Shown piece after piece: positions 38,223 to 48,704 of a stretch of 50,699 bases of DNA (the stretch's first letter is position 1; each line of letters starts with the position of its first letter). The notes under the pieces were generated by a model that made no database searches, was not told the DNA's origin, and was given only the letters and a program-made list of their open reading frames with translations. Origin of the DNA: a phage; sequence record PZ150740.1, one strand, 5' to 3'. Both the position numbers and the translations under genes were made by a program.

Positions 38223-38884
38223 TACTTAACGTCAGAAGGTAAGAACGTGAATCGACCTTTCAGAGATACGGAAAGGGAAACAGTTTCCATTTCGTTCATA
38301 GTGGTTTGCGGAATGTCATTAAAAGACAATACGCCAGCCCAGCAACGCATCTCTTTAGCTTTCGGCACGTACATACGCAAGGCGGTCACGTCGCCGGACT
38401 CCTCAGCCTCGCGCAAGATCGGATAAATCGGATTATCATACTCATGCGCGAAAGTATAGGTAAGAGAAACGGCGCTCTTGTAGGTCGGCAACTGCTGCTC
38501 CTGGTCATCAGCCAAACACTGATAAGTGTAATACTGTTGCTCGCCGCCGTCCTGCGCAAGATCCTGTACGCAAGGAACCTCTACCCAAGATTTCACTTCT
38601 CGGAAAGTTGCTGTGTTCTGTCCTTCTGGAAATACGTTTGTATCTTTAGTGCTAACACCCTCAAGAGTAACACTTACATTATCTGATACTTCCTTAACTC
38701 GAAGCACTCGACTAACAAGTTTGCCCCAAGAAGATGTTTCAATAAGAACATAAGCGCCTTTTTTGATGCTTTGAGTGTTTTCGGTTGTAAAAACAGGATT
38801 ATCAGCATTGCTGATTTGAGTCGCGCTAATTGGCTCACCCATATTAACGCCGATGAAAATTTGAGAACCATTAGGCAAGTGCAT
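38222..38884 (-). CDS. major tail protein
   Basis: Position upstream of G/GT; followed by attenuating terminator. Confidence 0.6.
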   Translation of the reverse strand: MHLPNGSQIFIGVNMGEPISATQISNADNPVFTTENTQSIKKGAYVLIETSSWGKLVSRVLRVKEVSDNVSVTLEGVSTKDTNVFPEGQNTATFREVKSWVEVPCVQDLAQDGGEQQYYTYQCLADDQEQQLPTYKSAVSLTYTFAHEYDNPIYPILREAEESGDVTALRMYVPKAKEMRCWAGVLSFNDIPQTTMNEMETVSLSVSLKGRFTFLPSDVK

Positions 38885-38886
38885 GA

Positions 38887-39288
38887 TTATTCCTCCTTTG
38901 TGTCAAGCCTAACACTGAAACGGATCGGCAAGAACCAACCTGTTTCACTTTTTAGTAATGCGTGGACGTTTGCCCCCTCGCTAATATAGCCAGTTTCAAA
39001 CATTCTACCATCATAGAAAAATCTCGCAATCTCTTTAGCCAGCAAACGCGCTTTATCAGTGCCACCGCCAGGAGGAATGACAATCCCAACCTGAACCAAA
39101 CCGATATAAGAAACACATTTTCTATCAAGAGATATGCGATCCGTGTCTGCTTCCATGTAGTTAAATTTTAACCACATAGAACCATCTCCAGGCGGCACAA
39201 AATCAACGTTTTCATAGGCTATCTTAAATTGTGATTCATATTCAGCCGCCAGCGCCTTTCTTGCCGCCAACATTAAATCATAGTGCAT
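38887..39288 (-). CDS. tail terminator / tail completion protein (by position)
   Basis: ORF track; synteny. Confidence 0.4.
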   Translation of the reverse strand: MHYDLMLAARKALAAEYESQFKIAYENVDFVPPGDGSMWLKFNYMEADTDRISLDRKCVSYIGLVQVGIVIPPGGGTDKARLLAKEIARFFYDGRMFETGYISEGANVHALLKSETGWFLPIRFSVRLDTKEE

Positions 39289-39730
39289 TTTTTGCCCTCG
39301 AATCCTTTATTGCCTTAGCCATATAAGATCGCAGCTTTACCGCCACGATTCCAAGTACGCCGGACGGCGCTTGTTTTGAATGCCCGTATTCAAGCGCGTT
39401 GGCGTAAATGAGCATGTTTGAAAAATAGATTGACCGCACCGCGCCACCGCCACGCATGATTGCATATATTGCTCGCTTACCTTCTGCAATGGTTTTACTA
39501 CCATCGCGATCGTATTGGTTGAGCGCATATAGCGGCGGCTTGTTTGCCGTTATCTGCCAGTTGGCTTTATATCGGCCCGTATCAACTGGCGAGCGATTTA
39601 CAAGATCCTCGTGGACGTTTGTCGCGAACATTTCAACGCAATCAACAAGGCCGCTGCTTACTGAATCAATCCACCTGCTTATATCACCGTGAAATTCCCT
39701 GATCTTATAATTATCAGCCATGCACAGCAA
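39278..39730 (-). CDS. head-tail joining protein (by position)
   Basis: ORF track; synteny. Confidence 0.4.
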   Translation of the reverse strand: MLCMADNYKIREFHGDISRWIDSVSSGLVDCVEMFATNVHEDLVNRSPVDTGRYKANWQITANKPPLYALNQYDRDGSKTIAEGKRAIYAIMRGGGAVRSIYFSNMLIYANALEYGHSKQAPSGVLGIVAVKLRSYMAKAIKDSRAKNAL

Positions 39731-40094
39731 TCCTCCTTAATATCGGACGATAAGCCGCCGTGATGTTAGTCTGCCTGACTGGTCTTGCTTCAACGACAAC
39801 ATAACGTTCGCCATCAATTTCAATCTGATAACCATTTTTGATCTCAGTTTCATTGGTGAATATCCCCAACTTGTCGGTTACTCGGATTGTTTCACCGTCA
39901 ACCTCTCTAGTCCTCGGAGATCTAACAAGCCCCTTTATCATCACTGAAATCTCCGGCTTGGTAACTTCCTCTCCGCCGATAATCTCAACCCCTCCCTGCT
40001 GCGTGATGCACTTAAACATACCGTTAGCATCGCTGAAAAAGTTAATCCCAGCCGTAGCCATTCTTGCAATCTCATTGTAGTTCATCGGCAGCAT
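39714..40094 (-). CDS. head-tail connector / head closure protein (by position)
   Basis: ORF track; synteny. Confidence 0.4.
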   Translation of the reverse strand: MLPMNYNEIARMATAGINFFSDANGMFKCITQQGGVEIIGGEEVTKPEISVMIKGLVRSPRTREVDGETIRVTDKLGIFTNETEIKNGYQIEIDGERYVVVEARPVRQTNITAAYRPILRRIAVHG

Positions 40095-40564
40095 CTCCGG
40101 CGCAATCCAGTCACAAGGCCAAAGCCGCCACCGTTCTTACGGTTTAACACTTCGTACATTTTGCCCCACGGCGTTTGTCGGATCTGCTTTCCGCTTGTAT
40201 CGGAAGAAATTCGATCAAACGTCTGACTAAACTCACCAGTCAGAGTGAACGAGGCAACGCGGCGGGAGTAGCTTTCTACGCTTTCACCTTCCTGTTTCAT
40301 TGCCCCGTCTAAGGTCATAAGGTGAAGAGTGTAAAGCGCAACCGCTTTCGGGTATGAGTTTTTAAACCGTTTTTTGCAAACAAACTCTTTAGCAAGCTCA
40401 ATCCATGCCACAATTAAATCGGGATCAACCTGTTGCATTGGTGGGGCCAACTTTACGATTTGCTGAACGATTTCAGCGTCTGTGTAAAATTCATCTACCA
40501 TTTTGTTTTCTCCAGATGTGACAAAGGGCGCATAAGCGCCCCAATTATTAATATTCGCCGCCAT
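40082..40564 (-). CDS. head-tail adaptor protein (by position)
   Basis: ORF track; synteny. Confidence 0.4.
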   Translation of the reverse strand: MAANINNWGAYAPFVTSGENKMVDEFYTDAEIVQQIVKLAPPMQQVDPDLIVAWIELAKEFVCKKRFKNSYPKAVALYTLHLMTLDGAMKQEGESVESYSRRVASFTLTGEFSQTFDRISSDTSGKQIRQTPWGKMYEVLNRKNGGGFGLVTGLRRRCCR

Positions 40565-40829
40565 CCTCTAGCTCTTTGCGGCTCTTACCCTCGGTAGGAT
40601 CTTTTTTGCGCTTCTTCTCCGCTTTCGCCTTGATTTGCTCGTTAATTTCGGAATTGTCTTTAACTTCCACATCGCCGCGAGCGATTAGGTATTCAACTGC
40701 GGAATCATTAATGCGATCGGATTCAATTTCAATTTCATCACCAGGATGATAACGCTTACCGTCCATAATAATCATGCAAACGCCAGTTACTTTAAGTTTT
40801 AAGGTTTTGCTCATTTTTGTGTACTCCAT
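40548..40829 (-). CDS. small structural-module protein
   Basis: ORF track; Lys/Glu-rich C-terminus; true start may be internal MSKTLKL. Confidence 0.4.
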   Translation of the reverse strand: MEYTKMSKTLKLKVTGVCMIIMDGKRYHPGDEIEIESDRINDSAVEYLIARGDVEVKDNSEINEQIKAKAEKKRKKDPTEGKSRKELEDGGEY

Positions 40830-40872
40830 AAATAAAAAAAGGGGAACCCTTAAGGCTCCCCATGTTATCTAA

Positions 40873-41844
40873 TTACTCAGCTTTTTTCAAGCCAGTAATA
40901 AGCACCATCGTAAACGGACGATAAATAGTAAGGCCAGTACACTTGGAAGTGCAAGGAACCTTGAAATGTAGGTCTTTTGGCTGCGCCGGAAGCATGTTAA
41001 ACGCTTCTGGAATCTCAATGCTCATGTTCATTGGATCTTTTTCGTAAACCAAGCAACCTTTCGTACCTTTGCCGTCAATGTCCTCAAGCTCTGCGATAGA
41101 GTCGATAGTGATACCGCCGTTTTGCTTCTGGAAGTATTCAAGATAACTTTCAGTGGTATTTTCCATTCGAACCGTTAGGACTTTACGCATGGACGGCGGG
41201 ATCAGGATGTTGGTCGCGCGGTGCTGACCTTTGGTCACTTCCTCGATCGTTTCGATTGCAGCCTCCAGTTCATCGCTTGCTACCTGCGGGAACTTGGTAT
41301 TGCCGTCATTGCTCATCCAGCCTTTGGATGCAATTTTCGTAAGGTTAGGATGATCGAAAACTGAAACGATCTTATGAGGCTTGGAACCTTTGAACACCAG
41401 GAAGTTAATCAACTGATCATGTGCATTTTGCGCAGCGTTAGCCTTGCGAGTTGACAGGCTCTTGCCAGTTCGCTGACCTGCTTTAATCTCATCAATGGAG
41501 ATCAGATAAGCGTTACCCAGGCGGAACACTTTGCCAAACTCAGAAGTCATCAGCGCGTCCACGGTCGGCAGATCATCGGTGTAGTCGGCGATAATTTTCG
41601 CGTAGCCAACCTTATCAAAAGTCTGATACTCGAAAGTCTTATCAGTATCAGAAAGCTCGTTTGTTACAGGGAATACGCGAAGCGCGGAACCTGCCGGATA
41701 CTCTTTCTCGTATGCGGTAGAGCGGATCTTGTGTAGCTCTTGAGCGGTCCAAATACCCATATCAGAAGCGTCGGACTTAACACCCTGAATCTGCAAATGA
41801 TTCGCTACAATCGTAGCATCTAGTTCATCATATTTTTTAGCCAT
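40873..41844 (-). CDS. major capsid protein
   Basis: 323 aa, position after scaffold and paralogous head proteins; strong RBS GGAGGAA. Confidence 0.7.
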   Translation of the reverse strand: MAKKYDELDATIVANHLQIQGVKSDASDMGIWTAQELHKIRSTAYEKEYPAGSALRVFPVTNELSDTDKTFEYQTFDKVGYAKIIADYTDDLPTVDALMTSEFGKVFRLGNAYLISIDEIKAGQRTGKSLSTRKANAAQNAHDQLINFLVFKGSKPHKIVSVFDHPNLTKIASKGWMSNDGNTKFPQVASDELEAAIETIEEVTKGQHRATNILIPPSMRKVLTVRMENTTESYLEYFQKQNGGITIDSIAELEDIDGKGTKGCLVYEKDPMNMSIEIPEAFNMLPAQPKDLHFKVPCTSKCTGLTIYRPFTMVLITGLKKAE

Positions 41845-41854
41845 TTTGCTTCCT

Positions 41855-41884
41855 CCATAAAAAAGGCCGTTAAATGTAACGGCC
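41855..41884 (-). terminator. hairpin plus T-run immediately upstream of capsid gene RBS
   Basis: Minus strand GGCCGTTA-catt-TAACGGCC followed by TTTTTTAT. Confidence 0.45.
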
Positions 41885-41889
41885 TAGAT

Positions 41890-41910
41890 GATAGCACTTT
41901 TTGTTAAACG
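41890..41910 (+). promoter_or_regulatory. orphan box copy, antisense to head operon
   Basis: GATAGCACTTTTTGTTAAACG; no good -10 at fixed spacing. Confidence 0.35.
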
Positions 41911-41934
41911 CGCAATGTTTTTTTATGCTATCAG

Positions 41935-42717
41935 TTATGCGCCAGCGGTTTTCTTAAATACAATATCAAACTGGTCAGCAACTCCAGAACCATCATTAGC
42001 AGTCCAGTTGACATTAACTCTGCCTCCTACACCAGTAGGAACAACAAGACCTGTGCGGCTAACACTGGCAACCTTTGGATCTTGTGGATTTGTAATTGTC
42101 CACTGACCCGTTTTGTCATCAGCCCAAGTCGGAACAACCGTTACCTTTAATTGAACGTTATTGATCGTCTCTGTGCCCTCTATGTATCCATTTTCAGCCT
42201 CAATAATCGCACCAGTAAGAAGGTATTTTCTATGATGAAGCGGCGTTATCCTTACTCCTACTATGTTTATTGTTTCATCAAACTTGTAGAAGTCACCAGT
42301 AAAAATCCAGCCATCGACGATTTCATCGCCATCACTCTTTGCTACAAAACCATCATTGTTAACATAAACAAGATCCCCGTGCTCAGGGGGAGATTCAATT
42401 GTTTGAGTTACACACCATACAACACCTCTTGTCAAAATGTTGATGGAGTCTCCTTCCTTGTAGTCGGAATACCCGTCTTCCTCGTTAACTGTCGTTGTTA
42501 TGTTGCTCCTTAGCGCAACACCCGCAACCACAGCGTCCTCCTCTTTGTGGTCAACAAATATGTTGTAACCGCCGATTCTCTCCTTAAAGAAAACAACCTT
42601 ACCAGCAATGATCGATTCAGAACCACAAACGCCAGTACCATCAATATTGTAGCGAGTAGAATCAACCAAACAACCAGGGCAAGAAAGACCCATAACAGAT
42701 GAATAATCTTTAGCCAT
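41935..42717 (-). CDS. head-associated structural protein with C-terminal Ig-like extension (paralogue of 42768-43277)
   Basis: Shares MAK...YNIDG...GVA.RS...IN..T.G.VW.V...GFV.S.G....WIFTGD pattern with neighbouring gene. Confidence 0.5.
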   Translation of the reverse strand: MAKDYSSVMGLSCPGCLVDSTRYNIDGTGVCGSESIIAGKVVFFKERIGGYNIFVDHKEEDAVVAGVALRSNITTTVNEEDGYSDYKEGDSINILTRGVVWCVTQTIESPPEHGDLVYVNNDGFVAKSDGDEIVDGWIFTGDFYKFDETINIVGVRITPLHHRKYLLTGAIIEAENGYIEGTETINNVQLKVTVVPTWADDKTGQWTITNPQDPKVASVSRTGLVVPTGVGGRVNVNWTANDGSGVADQFDIVFKKTAGA

Positions 42718-42767
42718 TTTATTTCTCCTTACATAATAAAAAAGGCGCTCAAGCGAGCGCCTTGATT

Positions 42768-43277
42768 TTAGCTTGGGAAGACCTGAACTTCAAACAATGT
42801 AATCACATCCTGACCAGAACCGTAAGTTGTTTTATCGCCAGTAAAGATCCAGTTCGTTGTAATTGCTCCAGAACTTTTAACAAATCCTGTGGAATCATCA
42901 ATTTTCACAGGCTCGCGATATTGTGGAGTCTTTGCCTTATCGGAATCATCTACGACCATCCAAACTCTACCCTCTGTCATGACGTTGATGCCTCCACCAA
43001 CTTCATAAACCATACGACCGTTTTCTCCGGTTGTCTGGAAGTGCGATCGGATAGCCACGCCATAAGGAACGTCACCGCTTGAAGTGATGGCGTCGATAAG
43101 TTTGTTACCCATAGAATCTACGCCTTTTAATTTTACCGCCACGCCAACGGGGATAGCGATTCCATCATCCTTGTCAAGAACACAAGCGCCGTCGATGTTA
43201 TATGCCGAAGTATCGGATACCTGACCAGGAAGAGCGCGCGCCATAGTGTCAAAATAACTTGCTCCAATTTTAGCCAT
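42768..43277 (-). CDS. head-associated structural protein (paralogue of 41935-42717)
   Basis: Paralogy to adjacent gene; position between scaffold and capsid genes. Confidence 0.5.
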   Translation of the reverse strand: MAKIGASYFDTMARALPGQVSDTSAYNIDGACVLDKDDGIAIPVGVAVKLKGVDSMGNKLIDAITSSGDVPYGVAIRSHFQTTGENGRMVYEVGGGINVMTEGRVWMVVDDSDKAKTPQYREPVKIDDSTGFVKSSGAITTNWIFTGDKTTYGSGQDVITLFEVQVFPS

Positions 43278-43289
43278 TTTAATTACTCC

Positions 43290-44405
43290 TTATTTCAGTT
43301 TCTCAAAACGAGCGTTAGGATTCAGCTTAGAACCTGAGTCATCCTGCTTTTCATTCGCGAAAGAGTCACCTTTAATGCTCTTACGCTGCGCCGCCATTTT
43401 ATCAGAGTTTTTGGCAATGTCGAAAGCTGTTTCGATATAGGCATCAGTTTTATCGGAAACGTCATTTCCCATAACTTCTTTGATGTATGCAACCTTGATT
43501 GCTTTCGCATCCAGGCCGTCGCACTTGATGCCTAACTCTTTAGCGTCCGCTACTAATTGAGCATGTTGCGCGGCATCTTCTTTGGCTTTCTTGACTGCGG
43601 CATCAATCTGATCCTGAATGCCATCTACTTTGGTTTGCAGTGCGTCTCGCTCAGCTTCCAGGCCGTCCGCCTTTTCTTTCTGCGCTTTGGCATCAGCTTT
43701 CAGTGATTCAATGTGATCCGCAACTGCTTTCGGCACGTCAAACTCTACAGCGCCATCCAGTTTAATTTTTACAGTCATGATTTGATCCTCTTTGTTGTTA
43801 ATAACGTCGTCACTATACGGAAAATCTTGCTGGCTATCAAGGTTTAATTTTGCAATGCCAGCTCGACCTCGGAAAACTAACGCGATGTGGTTTACCTTGA
43901 TTTCAGTCTGGATTGCATCAAACTTAACCCAATCAGGAGAATCAGGTTTCCAGTCTTCGCTAACGTCCTCATCGAAAACGTACTCACCAGTTTTATTATT
44001 GCCCCAGCCTGGTTTATCAATATCAACCGATGTATAACCAACTGAAATTTCCGCCGTGTCTCGCTTCTTCGCGCTTTCGATTGCTCGTTTTGAGTAAATG
44101 CTTAACGGAACCTCTACGCCGATCCCGTTAGGAACACCAGCGCCAGCACAAGAACCAACCACAACCTTTTCGGCGTTTTCTGGCGTTACCGTGACGTGAC
44201 CAACCGTGACTGGCTTCCCTGCGAAGGTGGCGAGCGAGTCGGCCTTGAATACTTCGGACGCCGGACGAAATTCTCGGCGCTCACCGAAAGGAGTCTGATA
44301 GACTTGTAAACCAATTCGCGCCACGATAGGGCGATCAACTAAAAACCCGTTATCATCAAAGTGCGCCTTTACTTTGGCGCTATCAAATCTTTGTTTTGCT
44401 TTCAT
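43290..44405 (-). CDS. head scaffolding protein (possibly with N-terminal protease-like domain)
   Basis: C-terminal Ala/Lys/Asp/Glu-rich coiled-coil region; position. Confidence 0.5.
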   Translation of the reverse strand: MKAKQRFDSAKVKAHFDDNGFLVDRPIVARIGLQVYQTPFGERREFRPASEVFKADSLATFAGKPVTVGHVTVTPENAEKVVVGSCAGAGVPNGIGVEVPLSIYSKRAIESAKKRDTAEISVGYTSVDIDKPGWGNNKTGEYVFDEDVSEDWKPDSPDWVKFDAIQTEIKVNHIALVFRGRAGIAKLNLDSQQDFPYSDDVINNKEDQIMTVKIKLDGAVEFDVPKAVADHIESLKADAKAQKEKADGLEAERDALQTKVDGIQDQIDAAVKKAKEDAAQHAQLVADAKELGIKCDGLDAKAIKVAYIKEVMGNDVSDKTDAYIETAFDIAKNSDKMAAQRKSIKGDSFANEKQDDSGSKLNPNARFEKLK

Positions 44406-44415
44406 TTAATACCTC

Positions 44416-45171
44416 TTAACTATTCCAATCTGGTATAGCCCAACAACGACAACCGAAAGGCTCACCAGGAAAATCATGTTCAGAATCTAGCGCAATGCGC
44501 TTACCTTCCCATTGTACATGCTGCAATCGCTCTCTGTCATCAAGCATACCATGCCAAAAATAATGAGTTACTTTTGCATCGTAAAGACGCTGGCGCATGA
44601 GTCTACTATTCCAAGCGCCTATGATGTTTTCCGCCCTGGTCTTACCCCAAGAGCTATACACTGCGAACCTCTTACCAGCCAATTCATTGACCTGACTATC
44701 TCTCATTCCGCGAAAGTTTGCCAATCTAATATTGGTTGACCAGTCAGACACGATGTTTCCAAATAGTTTTTGAAGAGATGCGATCGTCATGTCATGCCAT
44801 TGACCGTATAGCGTCCTATACCAACTCTCATTCGCATTGGCCCCAATAGCCATAAGGATGATAACGGCGTAATTTGACTTGCCTCCCGTTGATTTCGCTA
44901 CGTTAATAAATTGCTTTGAGTTGAATTTATACACAGCAAGGCCGATAGCCGGAAGTGATGCGGCGATGCCATCTATTAGCTTTAACGCGAAGCTACTAAT
45001 CTCATCCTCTGCGGCGTTGATTTCTTCGGTGTCCGCGTCAAATTTCATTTCCTTTGTTTTGCTGCGCATCAGCACAACAAGATCCCTTATCGCCTCCTGA
45101 ATTGAGCGGCGCAATTGCCGCTCGCTTGCTTCAGGAAAGCGCCATTGTTTAACGACGCCTTTCACTATCAT
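44416..45171 (-). CDS. minor head protein (Mu F / SPP1 gp7-like head morphogenesis protein)
   Basis: C-terminal ...GEPFGCRCWAIP motif typical of this family; position after portal. Confidence 0.75.
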   Translation of the reverse strand: MIVKGVVKQWRFPEASERQLRRSIQEAIRDLVVLMRSKTKEMKFDADTEEINAAEDEISSFALKLIDGIAASLPAIGLAVYKFNSKQFINVAKSTGGKSNYAVIILMAIGANANESWYRTLYGQWHDMTIASLQKLFGNIVSDWSTNIRLANFRGMRDSQVNELAGKRFAVYSSWGKTRAENIIGAWNSRLMRQRLYDAKVTHYFWHGMLDDRERLQHVQWEGKRIALDSEHDFPGEPFGCRCWAIPDWNS

Positions 45172-46466
45172 TGATCGTTACCCTCGGTTGTTCCTGGCTC
45201 CGGCTCTACGTCCTGCTCAGGTAATTTAATGTTATTGCCGTCTTTTAGTTTAACGTTAGGCGCAATGGCTCGCAATGTGTCGCGCGCCTCCTCTGTATCC
45301 ATGAATTGACCGTCAATAGCTTTGCTCAAAGAATCAATATTCTTGTTCAAGATCTCGGCCTGGTCCTTTTCACTTGGAACGCTTAACGGCGCAAACTGAA
45401 TGCTCCATTCTTCCTCTTGAATCAGGAACGGGATCAGAAATTCAAGGATTGGTTTGTATTCCTCCTTTCTCTTTCGATCGATCAGCTTATAGAAGGTTTC
45501 AAGCGCTGTGTTCTGGCTCGCACTAACACCGCCAACGTTCTTGTTTTTGAGGATGATTTCATGGATGCCGGAAAGAGATACAATGCGATCCATCTTCTTT
45601 TCCAGGAATGAATCTACGCCGGAAATATCAGAATTTAAAACATCATATTCCTCATCTTCCGCATCAATGCCGATCGCACGGCCTACGCCACCCTCATCAT
45701 CAACTTGAGCAAGGCGCAAACGCGCGGCGTTAACACCATCATCATCATCACAAAGATCGGCAAGTCCTTTAGCTTTCCATACTGCCTGTTGCTTACGTCG
45801 CAACAATTGAGTTGCTAAGTTTTCGCAGTAGTTATAATCACAAATGGCCTCAACAAGTCGCTTATTCAGGACCGACTCACCCCACCCATCATTTGATTGA
45901 CGTCGCTGATTTGGTAGACGCTCACCGTCGATAATACAGATTCGCGAATAGTGAACCTGGTATTCTGGCAAGTCGGCACCAGGTGCAATGGTGTAAATTA
46001 ATGGCTCACCATATCGTACCTTGCGTGGATTAGTTTCTCGCTTTTCTACTCGAACCTGAAAGCGATCGTAAACGCGAACATCTTCAAGGATTGCACCAGG
46101 CGCTACAGGTGACTTTAACGCCCTGCCATCCTGAACGATTGCCACGATTGCAGCGCCACCAAAAAGACGCGACCAGCAAAGCGCATCAATGATTTTATCG
46201 TTTAGTCGCTTCTCATCCCACAAAGATCTGATACTTTCCTCATCTTCCACGCCATCAATATTAAATCCAGGCGTTACCATTTCCTCTGGAACAACGTCGA
46301 TGATTCTTTTTGCTAGGCCGTCGCGAATGTAAAAATCAGCGTGCGTGGTGTATTCGAACCCTTGCATAAAGAAAGGCAATTCCACACGCCCATTGCCCTT
46401 GCTGCCCTTGAAAATCTCGTTGTATCCATCGGCCTTAACTAGCCTTGTTTTTTCACTCATCGTCAA
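45168..46466 (-). CDS. portal protein
   Basis: Size 432 aa, position immediately downstream of terminase large subunit. Confidence 0.75.
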   Translation of the reverse strand: MTMSEKTRLVKADGYNEIFKGSKGNGRVELPFFMQGFEYTTHADFYIRDGLAKRIIDVVPEEMVTPGFNIDGVEDEESIRSLWDEKRLNDKIIDALCWSRLFGGAAIVAIVQDGRALKSPVAPGAILEDVRVYDRFQVRVEKRETNPRKVRYGEPLIYTIAPGADLPEYQVHYSRICIIDGERLPNQRRQSNDGWGESVLNKRLVEAICDYNYCENLATQLLRRKQQAVWKAKGLADLCDDDDGVNAARLRLAQVDDEGGVGRAIGIDAEDEEYDVLNSDISGVDSFLEKKMDRIVSLSGIHEIILKNKNVGGVSASQNTALETFYKLIDRKRKEEYKPILEFLIPFLIQEEEWSIQFAPLSVPSEKDQAEILNKNIDSLSKAIDGQFMDTEEARDTLRAIAPNVKLKDGNNIKLPEQDVEPEPGTTEGNDQ

Positions 46467-46530
46467 ATCTCCATAATAAAAAAGGCTGGAAAAATCCAGC
46501 CTTGATTATATAACTTTTTAGCAATTAGTG

Positions 46531-48099
46531 CTATTTATTGCGTAGACCAGCCAGCTTTTTCATCCTTGCCACCGGATCATCTGCCAAATTCATTTCGACG
46601 TTAACAGCATCAACTATATTATCGACAATATCATCATGGGGATGAGAATCATCAAAAGTGAATGCTGCAACCTCTGCCAGTATCTCAGGCAGCATGGGGT
46701 GATTTTCTGGCAGTGCCACACGTCCGGCCCTCATCACTGGCGCGGCGTCCATTGCTCGCGTTACCTTGTCATTGCTTCGCTGAACGGGATTTATATCAAT
46801 CTGGATCTTCTTTTTGGCCCCCTGAATCAAACCCGTGCCGCTGGCCTTATCCTCAATGTGGATACGTCGCAAGCTGCCACACTCCTTATTGCGCTTCCAG
46901 CACTGATTAACGAAGGCAATAAAATTTAATTCAAGATCCGGCGCTTCCCACTTTCCGCGAATGCCATCAATGAAGTAAACGCGATTCTTATACATCCCCC
47001 AATAACAAAAAACTGAATAGTCGTTAAGCTCTCCGGCCTTCTGCGCGGTATCTCCAGTAATAAATGTGTATTCAAAGCGATCCGGTTTTGGTAGTGCGCA
47101 TTTTTCGCCGCTGCCGTAATACTGGAACCACTCTGTTTTAAACACGTTCCCGCCAAGCGCGATTGGTTGCTGTTGGTATTGGCTGGCGAACGTGTAAGGA
47201 TCTGCATTGCGCAATGCAAGCAATTCCTCCGCGCTTTCCTTTGCAGGCCAAAATGAATAATGAGCAACGCCATCTATCATAACTGGCTTACTTGACAGCA
47301 CATCACGATCAAATTCAGGCTTCAACCAATCAGGAAGCGTCTCGCGGTATTCTTTCGTAACCAGCGCCGGAATGCTCACAACTTTAAACTCGATACCACC
47401 CATCCCGCCATTAAGCATAAACCAGGTGGAATCATTAACGTGTAGTCGCTGTTGCACCATAACAATCGGCGTGGTGTCTTTCATTCGACGCGATCGCACT
47501 GTGTTTTTTAACCGCATGTGGATAGCCTCACGCTTTACCTTAGAAAGCATATCATCCGGCTTGTCTGGATCGTCAAGAACCAGCATACCAGTAAAACCAT
47601 CGTCCATATAGCCGCCACGCAAACCTGTTACCTGGCCGCCAATAGAACGTGAGTTAACTTGCAATTTAACCTTGCCGCCTTCGGTGACTATCAGATCTTT
47701 AGCGCTCGCCTTTGCCAGTTTTCCTGGCCATAGCTCTTGCCACTCAGGAGAACCAATAATCTCCTTTATCCGGTTGCTGTTTTGCTGGACAAGGCCATCA
47801 CTAAACGAAAGGTTAAGGTTTCTCACTTTCCGGCTTTTCAATGACGCGTAGGGTGACATGTGGATCGAGAAAATCTCAGTCTTACCGCTACCTGGCGTAA
47901 TGTTGAAAATCACATTCTGCGACTCTCCATTGATGATCTTCTCTACCTCACTGCACAATAAGCTAAAATGCCAGTTGCTCTGGAATTTTTGCCCCTGCAA
48001 TAACTGGAACCAGATTCTGATCATCTTTTCGAATGAATGCTCACTGATTTCTTTAATGGCTCGCTTTTGCGCCGCCGTCAAATCTTCCCATATGATCAT
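46531..48099 (-). CDS. terminase large subunit
   Basis: Walker A-like NITPGSGKTE, Walker B MLVLDDPDK; size 522 aa. Confidence 0.85.
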   Translation of the reverse strand: MIIWEDLTAAQKRAIKEISEHSFEKMIRIWFQLLQGQKFQSNWHFSLLCSEVEKIINGESQNVIFNITPGSGKTEIFSIHMSPYASLKSRKVRNLNLSFSDGLVQQNSNRIKEIIGSPEWQELWPGKLAKASAKDLIVTEGGKVKLQVNSRSIGGQVTGLRGGYMDDGFTGMLVLDDPDKPDDMLSKVKREAIHMRLKNTVRSRRMKDTTPIVMVQQRLHVNDSTWFMLNGGMGGIEFKVVSIPALVTKEYRETLPDWLKPEFDRDVLSSKPVMIDGVAHYSFWPAKESAEELLALRNADPYTFASQYQQQPIALGGNVFKTEWFQYYGSGEKCALPKPDRFEYTFITGDTAQKAGELNDYSVFCYWGMYKNRVYFIDGIRGKWEAPDLELNFIAFVNQCWKRNKECGSLRRIHIEDKASGTGLIQGAKKKIQIDINPVQRSNDKVTRAMDAAPVMRAGRVALPENHPMLPEILAEVAAFTFDDSHPHDDIVDNIVDAVNVEMNLADDPVARMKKLAGLRNK

Positions 48100-48626
48100 T
48101 AAAGTTGCTCCAGAATATCAATCACAGCCTCTTTCACCTCATCGGCAGTTACTGCGTCAATGCTTGCATTAGCTGCCGCGCTCGCTTCAACGCTCACTGT
48201 TGCTGGTTTCTCTACGCCGATCTCTTTACCGATAAATCCAGCGTTAATCATGTTATTTGCCGCAAGCTGGAATTTTTGCTCGTAAATTACTTTATCAACA
48301 AACTCCATCACATCGCAGAATCCAGGCTCTTTACGCCACTTGCTTACAGCCGCCTCAGTAACTCCGAGATACAAGCTGAATCCGTTTACCGTGAAAACGC
48401 GAGGCTTGTAAACTCTGCTCTCGTACACGTCACCCTGAAAGGAAGCAGTTTCAGCCGCCTGAATGTGATTCTCTTCGGCCCAAGTGAAATAGCGGATCGC
48501 CATATCAAAAACCTGTTCCGGCGTGTACTTGTGGCGGTTATTTAGCGTGACAATATCGCCATAAGTTTTATTGTATAACTCTTTGAAATTTAATGCCTTT
48601 ACAGCAGGCTCAACGTTTTTAGCCAT
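48099..48626 (-). CDS. terminase small subunit (putative; start adjusted to MAKNVEP)
   Basis: Position upstream of and overlapping terL (ATGA); RBS AAGGAGGA. Confidence 0.5.
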   Translation of the reverse strand: MAKNVEPAVKALNFKELYNKTYGDIVTLNNRHKYTPEQVFDMAIRYFTWAEENHIQAAETASFQGDVYESRVYKPRVFTVNGFSLYLGVTEAAVSKWRKEPGFCDVMEFVDKVIYEQKFQLAANNMINAGFIGKEIGVEKPATVSVEASAAANASIDAVTADEVKEAVIDILEQL

Positions 48627-48669
48627 TGTTAATCCTCCTTTGGTTAGATGCCTGATTATACCAAACAAC

Positions 48670-48700
48670 GGGCAATAAAAAACCCGCCGTGCGGCGGGTC
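48670..48700 (-). terminator. rho-independent terminator upstream of terminase promoter
   Basis: CCCGCC-gtgc-GGCGGG hairpin followed by TTTTTTATTG on minus strand; then TGGTATAAT extended -10. Confidence 0.5.
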
Positions 48701-48704
48701 ATTT

